A stretch of DNA of 64,000 nt from Actinomycetota bacterium (GTDB lineage Bacteria > Actinomycetota > Actinomycetes > S36-B12). The notes under the pieces are model-generated. The model ran no database searches. It saw only the letters and a list, made by a program, of their open reading frames with translations, and was not told where the DNA came from. A program made the position numbers and the translations under genes. Shown one piece after another: positions 57,960 to 64,000 of the stretch; the first letter of the stretch is position 1; every line of letters starts with the position of its first letter. Where the stretch lies: contig CANFQC010000005.1 in NCBI GenBank assembly GCA_947449035.1, positions 6,765-70,764 on the forward strand. Direction: 5' to 3'.

Positions 57960-58326
57960 GGACGAGTCGGCTGGGTGATCGCGGCACGCAAGTGTCGAGG
58001 AAAGTCCGGACTCCACAGGGCAAGGCGGTGGGTAACGCCCACCCGGGGCAACCCGCGGGACAGTGCCACAGAGAACAGACCGCCAGGAGCAATCCTGGTA
58101 AGGGTGAAACGGTGGTGTAAGAGACCACCAGCACCATGGGTGACCATGGTGGCTTGGTAAACCCCGCCTGGAGCAAGACCAAGAGGGCCGCAAGGCCTGT
58201 GCGAACGAGCGGCCCGCTCAATGTTCGCAGGTAGGTCGCACGAGGCTGTCGGCAACGGCAGTCCTAGATGGATGATCGCCCTCGACTTCGGTCGAGACAG
58301 AATCCGGCTTACAGGCCGGCTCGTCC
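57960..58326 (+). ncRNA. rnpB: RNase P RNA, bacterial type A
   Basis: Universal cores GAGGAAAGTCCGGACTCCACAGGGCA and ACAGAATCCGGCTTA. GGTAAGGGTGAAA and GTGCCACAGAGAA elements. P1 pairing GGACGAGTCGGC / GCCGGCTCGTCC defines the ends. Confidence 0.9.
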
Positions 58327-58328
58327 CT

Positions 58329-59696
58329 TTACCGCCCGCGAGGCGCCGTGATGCGAATGCGAAGCCCACCCGATGTGCTTTCGCCCAGTTCGAGGCTTCC
58401 ATGGTGAGTCTCGACAACCGCCGCGATGATGCTCATGCCGAGGCCGAACCCACCGGTGGTCGAAGATCGCGACTCATCGAGTCGGGTGAAGCGTTGGGTC
58501 ACGCTGCTTCGCTTGTCGGCCGGGATACCCGGGCCGGAGTCATCAACGGTCAGCACGACGTCGGTTTCGCAAGTCGTGAGTTCAACGTGCACCGCTGAAC
58601 CTGCTGGCGTGTAGCGCGTGATGTTCTGGGTAATGTTCGCCAACACCTGGCGCCATTGATCGGAAGAGCCGGCGACGTTTGCTGATTCAAGGCTCATCGT
58701 GACCGGTCGACCATCGCCGAGATCAGTCAAGTCTCCAAAGTACTCGCGCACCAGCGCAGTGAGATCGAATTCCTCCTGAGCGGCCGAGTTGCCGGAGTCG
58801 ATGCGCTCGAGCAGCAGCAACTGAGTCACCAGATTCTCGAGTCGGCGGCTCTCGGACTCGATGCGATCAAGGGCGCGGGCTTCTAGCTCAGATGCGTCAG
58901 CGCGCTGGCCCTGCAGCAGCTCCACATATCCGCGGATCACCGTCAGCGGCGTGCGAATTTCATGCGATGCATCGGATACGAAGCCGCGCAGTCGCAGTTC
59001 AGAGGCCTCCACGGCGGTCAGAGAAGCCGTGAGTGACTCGATCATCGTGTTCAGTGCATCGGAGAGTACGCCGAGCTCCGTGCCCGCGGGGGCATCCGGA
59101 ACTCGCAGGTGGGTGTTGCCCTGTGAGATCTCCTCGGCTGCCACCACCATCTCGTCAACCGGGCGGAAAAGTCGGCGCACGAACAACCAGGCGATCAATG
59201 ATCCGAGTGCAGTGACGATGAGAACGCCAATGCCGAGCAGCAGCGTTAATCGTGCAAGGCCTCGCTTGAGCTCGTCGATCGGTGTTCCGGCGATGACCAA
59301 AGAGCGGTTGGGGCCGGACTCCACCGTGACGAGCCGGTACTCGGGGGTAAAGGCGACGCTCCCAGGGGTGTCCATGAACATCAGGGCTTGCTCGCGAGTG
59401 AGGGCTGGGAAAGGGAGCGGTGAGCTTCCGAAGCCGGCCGGCCGCAGCAGCTGCGCCTGAGTATCACCTGGCCTGATCAAGCTGATCGCGTAAGGAAGGT
59501 AGACATCTGAGGGCAAGGGGCGCGGGTTGTCCTGCAGTGACTTCGTGCGTGCATCGCGTGCGGCAGCGATGAGCCCTCGATCGAGAGCGTCGTACTGGAT
59601 GGTGCGAGTCGTCCAGAAGGCAATCGCACCCAGAAGTGCAGTGGCGATGAAGATCAGCAGCGCCGTCAGAGCGGTGATCTTGGTGCGCAAAGTCAT
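58329..59696 (-). CDS. Two-component sensor histidine kinase (2 TM, HAMP, HisKA, HATPase_c)
   Basis: H-box FVSDASHEIRTPLTVIRGY, N/G boxes (DDSGPGIP, GGFGLGMSI), and a ~130-aa extracytoplasmic loop. Confidence 0.85.
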   Translation of the reverse strand: MTLRTKITALTALLIFIATALLGAIAFWTTRTIQYDALDRGLIAAARDARTKSLQDNPRPLPSDVYLPYAISLIRPGDTQAQLLRPAGFGSSPLPFPALTREQALMFMDTPGSVAFTPEYRLVTVESGPNRSLVIAGTPIDELKRGLARLTLLLGIGVLIVTALGSLIAWLFVRRLFRPVDEMVVAAEEISQGNTHLRVPDAPAGTELGVLSDALNTMIESLTASLTAVEASELRLRGFVSDASHEIRTPLTVIRGYVELLQGQRADASELEARALDRIESESRRLENLVTQLLLLERIDSGNSAAQEEFDLTALVREYFGDLTDLGDGRPVTMSLESANVAGSSDQWRQVLANITQNITRYTPAGSAVHVELTTCETDVVLTVDDSGPGIPADKRSSVTQRFTRLDESRSSTTGGFGLGMSIIAAVVETHHGSLELGESTSGGLRIRITAPRGR

Positions 59697-60370
59697 GACT
59701 TGGGATCCTGTAATTGATAGCCGACTCCACGCACGGTGCGAATGCTCACGGCATCACCGAGTTTCTTGCGCAGATAAGAGATGTAGGTCTCGACCACGCT
59801 GCTCTCCACTCCGGGGCCAAGGCCCCAGACACGATTGAGCAGTTGATCCTTGCTGAGTACTCGACCTGTGTTCTCCATCAAGATCTCGAGGAGGCGGAAC
59901 TCGGTTCCTGACAGTGCGACCTCTTCCTCGCTGACAGTAACGAGATGCCGGTCGGGATCGAGGCGAACCTCGCCGAGCACCAGGACAGAGTCAGGTGCGT
60001 CAGCAGCACTTCGTCGAAGGACTGCCTTCACCCTCCAGATGAGCTCCTCGATGCTGAACGGCTTATGGACGAAGTCATCTGCGCCGCGCTCGAAGCCGGC
60101 TCGTGTGTCATCGCGCTCCTGTCGTGCCGTGAGCACGATCACCGGCGTGGAGTCACCGGCATCGCGCATGCGCGTCAGGGTCTCGAATCCGTCGACCTTG
60201 GGCATGTTGATGTCGAGCACGACGAGGTCGACAGATGTGGTGCGCAGGAACTGAAGGGCAGCGAGGCCGTCGGGTGCGCTGTGGGTGCGAAAGCCCGAAA
60301 GCCGGAGGGCATCGCAGATCAAGTCGTTGACTGCGGGCTCGTCGTCGACGACGAGAACCAGTGCGCTCAC
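59693..60370 (-). CDS. OmpR/PhoB-family response regulator
   Basis: Receiver domain (VVDDEP...DLVVLDINMP...LTAR) and winged-helix output domain (LSGTEFRLLEILM, IRTVRGVGYQL). ATGA overlap with the kinase gene. Confidence 0.9.
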   Translation of the reverse strand: MSALVLVVDDEPAVNDLICDALRLSGFRTHSAPDGLAALQFLRTTSVDLVVLDINMPKVDGFETLTRMRDAGDSTPVIVLTARQERDDTRAGFERGADDFVHKPFSIEELIWRVKAVLRRSAADAPDSVLVLGEVRLDPDRHLVTVSEEEVALSGTEFRLLEILMENTGRVLSKDQLLNRVWGLGPGVESSVVETYISYLRKKLGDAVSIRTVRGVGYQLQDPKS

Positions 60371-60395
60371 GATGCCTCCTCTAGGCGTGAGAGAA

Positions 60396-60439
60396 CTGTA
60401 GGGCGGTTGACCCCACTCATGAGGTCAACCGCCCTACAG
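60396..60439 (-). terminator. Intrinsic terminator/attenuator hairpin (perfect 17-bp stem) between the repeat-protein gene and the response-regulator gene
   Basis: ctgtagggcggttgacc-N10-ggtcaaccgccctacag, followed on the transcribed strand by TTCTCTC. The GAGGAGG RBS of the regulator lies just downstream. Confidence 0.7.
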
Positions 60440-60445
60440 CGGGAA

Positions 60446-61021
60446 CTACGCGGCGGGAGTGCCGCTCGGTGCGGGAGCAGCCTTGGCCGGCTTCATCGGC
60501 TTCATTTCACGATCACCCTGGGGCTTGCTGCCCGGTGCGGGGAGTGCGGCAGCAATCGCGTCGGCCTGCGACTGGGTGATGGTGCCGTTGCTCACCAGCT
60601 TGGCCAGCGATGCGCTGCGCCCATCGGTCTTGGTCGAGCCGTACTCCTGGAACTCGGCCTTGATCGCCTCGGCCTGAGTGCGAGTGATGGTGCCAGCGTC
60701 GACAAGGGCGCGCATGCCGCCACGGTCAGCTGCGGCTACTGCATCAGCCTGGCTCTGGCTCAAGGTTCCTTCGGAGACCAGGGTGCTCAGTGCCGTGCTG
60801 CGTGCAGATGCCTTGGCAGCGTCATGATCGGCATGGAGCTGATCGTGCACGGCCTTGGCCTGGGTCGAGGTAATGGTTCCGGCCGACACCAGCGGGCGAA
60901 GTGCGCCGCCACCGGCGGGTGCCCCCGGTGCTGCGTTGGCGACTGAGGCGCCGCTGATCATCACTACTGCGCTACCGGCCAGGGTCGCGAGCACGAGACC
61001 GGCCTTGGTTGACTTCTTCAT
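60446..61021 (-). CDS. Secreted repeat protein (4x 'LVxxGTITxxQAxAI' units plus a Pro/Lys-rich tail), unknown function
   Basis: Signal peptide MKKSTKAGLVLATLAGSAVVMISGASVANA. Four ~35-40-aa helical repeats. C-terminal tail PAPGSKPQGDREMKPMKPAKAAPAPSG. Confidence 0.7.
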   Translation of the reverse strand: MKKSTKAGLVLATLAGSAVVMISGASVANAAPGAPAGGGALRPLVSAGTITSTQAKAVHDQLHADHDAAKASARSTALSTLVSEGTLSQSQADAVAAADRGGMRALVDAGTITRTQAEAIKAEFQEYGSTKTDGRSASLAKLVSNGTITQSQADAIAAALPAPGSKPQGDREMKPMKPAKAAPAPSGTPAA

Positions 61022-61146
61022 CTCTACTCCTTCGTCGGGGGCGCCGGATGCGCCATCTCCTGAATGAAGGTTCGGCGGAGAACCTGGGGAGGGGCTAGGA
61101 GAAGTCTGTGAGTTTCCTGTGAATGCTGGCGTGTCACACTGAGGCC

Positions 61147-61281
61147 ATGAAGTTCGTCATCGGAGGGGTATTCGCGATCATCGTGATCGCCTTTGCCATC
61201 GCGGCGATTCGAGGTCGGGTGCGTGCGCGTAATTGCTGCACGCCGGTGGCGCCTGAGAACGACGCCCGGCTGCAGGCCTAG
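61147..61281 (+). CDS. Possible 44-aa single-TM micro-protein (not in the ORF track)
   Basis: MKFVIGGVFAIIVIAFAIAAIRGRVRARNCCTPVAPENDARLQA. GC3-rich codons. The stop overlaps the MarR stop (cTAG). The RBS is weak (GAGG only 2 nt from the ATG). Confidence 0.35.
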   Translation: MKFVIGGVFAIIVIAFAIAAIRGRVRARNCCTPVAPENDARLQA

Positions 61282-61757
61282 GTCGGCTCTGCTCCGAGGT
61301 GGTCGAGCAGGCGCTGCGATGCGTTGCCGAGTGCGGCGAATTCCTCAGGAGTGAGCACGTCGACTATTCGAGCTCGAACGCTGTCAACGTGGCTGGGAGC
61401 GGCTGCCACCAGGGTGTCCCAGCCGGCAGCAGTGAGCACCGCAAAGTAGCCCCGTTTGTCATCGGCACATGGCATGCGCTCAACAAGGCCAGCGCGCTCC
61501 ATCCGGTCGATCTGGTGCGAGAGACGACTTCGTGACGACAACGTGGCCTCAGCAAGATCGCTCATACGCATTCGGCGACCTGTGTCGGCACCGCCAGATT
61601 CCGGCGCCTCGGACAGACGTACCAAGATTTCATAATCGGCCAAGGTCAGGCCGTGTGACTCCTGAAGGTCGCGGGAGAACGCATCGGTAAGAAGTGCATT
61701 AGCTGCGATCCAGGCGCGCCAGTGCTGCTGCTGCGCCTCATCGAGCCAGTTGGTCAT
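61278..61757 (-). CDS. MarR-family transcriptional regulator
   Basis: Winged-helix core (LTLADYEILVRLSE...MRMSDLAEATLSSRSRLSHQIDRMERAGLVER). Confidence 0.8.
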   Translation of the reverse strand: MTNWLDEAQQQHWRAWIAANALLTDAFSRDLQESHGLTLADYEILVRLSEAPESGGADTGRRMRMSDLAEATLSSRSRLSHQIDRMERAGLVERMPCADDKRGYFAVLTAAGWDTLVAAAPSHVDSVRARIVDVLTPEEFAALGNASQRLLDHLGAEPT

Positions 61758-61807
61758 GTCGCCAGCGTACCGCAGTTAGTTGAAATGCCAACTTCTCGTG
61801 GCAGCGA

Positions 61808-62680
61808 TCAGGAGCCGGAGGGGAGTGTGAGGATCTCCGAGCCGGTTTCCGTGACGACGAGGGTGTGTTCGAACTGCGCAGTGCGCTTCAGGTCAGCGGT
61901 CACCACTGTCCAGTCGTCAGACCACATGTCGTACTCGTAGGTCCCCAGGGTGAGCATCGGCTCGATCGTGAATGTCATGCCGATCTCGAGTGTTGTGTCG
62001 TGACGCGGGTCGTCATAGTGCGGCACTACCAGGCCGGTGTGGAATGAGGTTCCGATGCCGTGGCCGGTGAAATCGCGAACAACCCCGTAATTGAAACGCT
62101 TCGCATAACTCTCGATCACGGTGCCGATGACATTGAGTGGACGGCCCGGGGCCACCGCCTTAATGGCGCGCATGGTGGCCTCATGGGTGCGCTCGACCAG
62201 GAGTCGGGACTCCTCGTCGACCTCGCCCACGCAGAAGGTGGCGTTCGTGTCACCGTGCACTCCGCCGATGAAGGCCGTGATGTCGATATTGCAGATATCG
62301 CCATCGATCAGCTCAGTGGAGTCGGGGATGCCGTGGCAGATGACCTCGTTCAGCGAGCTGCACAGTGACTTCGGGAAACCCCGATAGCCCAGGGTCGAGG
62401 GGTAGGCGCCGTGATCGCAGAGGAACTCATGGCCGATGCGGTCGAGTTCGTCGGTGGTGACGCCCGGCACGCAGTGCCGGCCCACCTCGACCAGGGCATC
62501 AGCTGCGATTCGGCCGGCAATGCGCATGGCCTCGATGGTCTCGGCGTCCTTGACCTCGGTTCCGGAGTACGGCGTAGGTGCGGGCTTGTCGACGTACTCA
62601 GGGCGCACGATCGAGGCCGGAACCGGTCGGCGTGCTGACACGCGGCCGGGAACGAGGGGGCGGGTCGTGGCGACAGACAT
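61808..62680 (-). CDS. map: Type I methionine aminopeptidase (with the actinobacterial N-terminal extension)
   Basis: Metal ligands in context: [39 protein letters not shown]. Confidence 0.95.
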   Translation of the reverse strand: MSVATTRPLVPGRVSARRPVPASIVRPEYVDKPAPTPYSGTEVKDAETIEAMRIAGRIAADALVEVGRHCVPGVTTDELDRIGHEFLCDHGAYPSTLGYRGFPKSLCSSLNEVICHGIPDSTELIDGDICNIDITAFIGGVHGDTNATFCVGEVDEESRLLVERTHEATMRAIKAVAPGRPLNVIGTVIESYAKRFNYGVVRDFTGHGIGTSFHTGLVVPHYDDPRHDTTLEIGMTFTIEPMLTLGTYEYDMWSDDWTVVTADLKRTAQFEHTLVVTETGSEILTLPSGS

Positions 62681-62748
62681 GCGAGTGAGTCTAGGTTGTC
62701 CTCATAGACGCGTCGACATGACGCGATCGTCACCGCGGAAGGGTTGAG

Positions 62749-62910
62749 ATGAGCTGGTACTACTGCCTCGAGCATCAGAAGGTTGAGCCGGAAGACGGCT
62801 GCCCCAATGCCGAGCGCATGGGTCCGTACGAGTCGGAGGCGGCAGCCGCCCACGCCATGGAACTCGCGCACAAGCGCAATGAGGCCTGGGACGCCGAAGA
62901 CGACGACTGA
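62749..62910 (+). CDS. Small conserved-looking acidic protein (53 aa; not in the ORF track)
   Basis: MSWYYCLEHQKVEPEDGCPNAERMGPYESEAAAAHAMELAHKRNEAWDAEDDD. GGAAGGG RBS. Followed by a strong terminator. Confidence 0.5.
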   Translation: MSWYYCLEHQKVEPEDGCPNAERMGPYESEAAAAHAMELAHKRNEAWDAEDDD

Positions 62911-62920
62911 GTCACGACAT

Positions 62921-62956
62921 ACGAAAGGCCCGCACCATTCGGTGCGGGCCTTTCGT
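62921..62956. terminator. Bidirectional intrinsic terminator (perfect 16-bp stem, ATTC loop)
   Basis: acgaaaggcccgcacc-attc-ggtgcgggcctttcgt, between the convergent small ORF and the Ala/Lys-rich protein gene. Confidence 0.8.
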
Positions 62957-62969
62957 ATGAAGAATGTGA

Positions 62970-63437
62970 CTACTTCTTCTTGGCTGCTGCCTTACGCGGG
63001 GCTGCCTTGCGGACTGCCTTGCGGGGTGCTGCCTTCTTGACGGTGCGCTTGGCTGCTGCCTTACGCGGGGCTGCCTTGCGGACTGCCTTCTTGGCGGTCT
63101 TCTTTGCTGCCTTGCGCGGAGCTGCCTTCTTTGCTGCCTTGCGCGGGGCTGCCTTGCGGACTGCCTTCTTGGCGGTCTTCTTTGCTGCCTTGCGCGGGGC
63201 TGCCTTCTTGGCTGTGCGCTTGACAGCCTTCTTCGCTGCAGTCTTCTTGACTGCGGCCTTCTTGGCTGTGCGCTTGACAGCCTTCTTCGCTGCAGTCTTC
63301 TTGACTGCGGCCTTCTTCACCGTGCGCTTGACAGCCTTCTTTGCTGCTGCCTTGCGGGGTGCTGCCTTCTTTGCAGCCTTCTTGGCCACTGCACGCTTTG
63401 CAGGAGCCTTCTTTGCTGCCTTCTTTGCAACCGCCAC
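62970..63437 (-). CDS. Stand-alone Ala/Lys/Pro-rich histone-H1 / AlgP / HU-tail-like basic protein (155 aa)
   Basis: Made entirely of (A/T/V)KKA(A/V)(P)RKAA-type repeats. GTG start preceded by GGGAGG. The mirror ORF on the + strand (AAFLAV...) was rejected. Confidence 0.7.
   Translation of the reverse strand: MAVAKKAAKKAPAKRAVAKKAAKKAAPRKAAAKKAVKRTVKKAAVKKTAAKKAVKRTAKKAAVKKTAAKKAVKRTAKKAAPRKAAKKTAKKAVRKAAPRKAAKKAAPRKAAKKTAKKAVRKAAPRKAAAKRTVKKAAPRKAVRKAAPRKAAAKKK
63203..63310. repeat. Exact 54-nt tandem duplication (2 copies plus a degenerate third) inside the Ala/Lys-rich gene
   Basis: ccttcttggctgtgcgcttgacagccttcttcgctgcagtcttcttgactgcgg occurs at 63203-63256 and again at 63257-63310. It is in frame (18 aa, KKAAVKKTAAKKAVKRTA). 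Confidence 0.9.
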
Positions 63438-63689
63438 GTTATGCCTCCCGTGTCGATGAGAACTGCGCTGTTGCAGCACTCTTCAGATGAAACTCTGACA
63501 GACAATGCCAGAAAATGTGTGCATATTCATGTCGGTGTGTCTTTTCGTGTCGCGCACGTGATATCGGCGGGGTCGTAAATCACGGATTCGCGTGCTTCCC
63601 GAACTCTTGCATCGTCCGTTTTCAGATGTACGCGGTGGTCGAAGACGCACATGATTCGCGCGATTGGAGTGTTCTGGCAGGATGTGGTT

Positions 63690-64000
63690 ATGACTGAAGA
63701 GACCAAGCCCGCAGTTGTTGATCCCCGCGTACTTCCCGACGTCGCACACCTTCGTATTGGTGTTCTCGGAGGCACCGGCGAGCAGGGACGCGGACTCGCG
63801 CGTCGCCTGGCCATGGCCGGCCATCAGGTGTCGATCGGATCCCGTGACGCGGCACGTGCGCAGGGAATTGCCGATGAGATCGGGCACGGAGTAACCGGCG
63901 CGACAAATGAAGACTGCGCGCTCGGAAGCGATGTCGTGATCGTTGCCGTGCCGTGGGATGGCCATGCTGCTCTTCTCGGCTCGTTGACCGCGGCTCTTGA
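63690..64000 (+). CDS. NADPH-dependent F420 reductase (Fno/NpdG-like). The 3' end lies outside the window.
   Basis: MTEETKP...LRIGVLGGTGEQGRGLARRLAMAGHQVSIGSRD...VVIVAVPW, a Rossmann GGTGxxG N-terminus typical of Fno. The frame is open to the window edge, which explains its absence from the ORF track. Confidence 0.7.
   Translation, partial: MTEETKPAVVDPRVLPDVAHLRIGVLGGTGEQGRGLARRLAMAGHQVSIGSRDAARAQGIADEIGHGVTGATNEDCALGSDVVIVAVPWDGHAALLGSLTAAL

Noticed and set aside
57720-58598. ORFs of 157 aa and 221 aa (minus strand) and of 80 and 125 aa (plus strand) covering 57.9-58.4 kb
   Set aside because: The region contains the universal RNase P RNA cores and a closing P1 helix. Only the last 53 codons of the 157-aa ORF (the DUF2256 zinc ribbon, with its own GTG and RBS) were kept.
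59945-60946. 333-aa plus-strand ORF
   Set aside because: It runs antisense through the response-regulator gene, across the 17-bp terminator hairpin and into the repeat-protein gene. It has no motif content.
62980-63459. 159-aa plus-strand ORF (AAFLAVRLTAFF...) and the idea of a CRISPR-like or non-coding repeat array
   Set aside because: It is the mirror image of the Lys/Ala codon repeats (AAG/GCC read as CTT/GGC). The repeats are contiguous with no spacers, they are in frame, and the minus-strand ORF has an RBS and a terminator.

Overview
This is a high-GC actinobacterial (Actinomycetota) chromosomal segment, densely coding on both strands. I call about 70 protein genes, one tRNA-Val and the RNase P RNA. 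I saw no transposase, integrase, CRISPR array, prophage or recognisable defence genes. All product calls rest on motif and family recognition by eye plus gene context, because no database search was possible.

Most of the window is core metabolism in blocks that I recognise as syntenic with M. tuberculosis:
- The Rv3218-Rv3223c block: DAG-kinase-like, whiB1, pdtaS, TB7.3-like biotinyl protein, rshA, sigH.
- The Rv2228c-Rv2247 block: RNaseH/CobC, zinc ribbon, Nif3, ahpE, DUF3052, aceE, MabR/FasR-like regulator, fabD-fabH-acp-kas-accD6.
- Other core genes: kgd, aroA, rsgA, hisN, map, sodN/sodX (Ni-SOD), an FeS-type photolyase, and F420-related genes at both window edges (fbiC partial, Fno-like partial).

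The items most worth a second look are:
1. A three-gene, translationally coupled operon made of a COG1574-type amidohydrolase, a fused urease gamma/beta subunit and a divergent urease alpha subunit. No ureD/E/F/G lies anywhere in the 64 kb, and the operon sits just downstream of a PotABCD-like importer.
2. A FabD malonyltransferase carrying a C-terminal biotinyl-carrier-like domain whose biotinylatable Lys is replaced by Arg, in the same operon as an AccD6-type carboxyltransferase.
3. A SigR/SigH-type autoregulatory promoter placed so that it could drive a leaderless, N-terminally extended SigH isoform.
4. A perfect 8-1-8 palindrome between the MabR/FasR-like regulator gene and fabD.
5. Three uncharacterised secreted or structural proteins: a YVTN beta-propeller with a Trp/Cys-rich C-terminal module, a 4x 'GTITxxQAxA' repeat protein upstream of a two-component system, and a stand-alone Ala/Lys/Pro histone-H1/AlgP-like protein with an exact 54-nt tandem duplication.

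Many long ORFs in the supplied track are antisense or shadow ORFs typical of high-GC DNA, and I rejected them.
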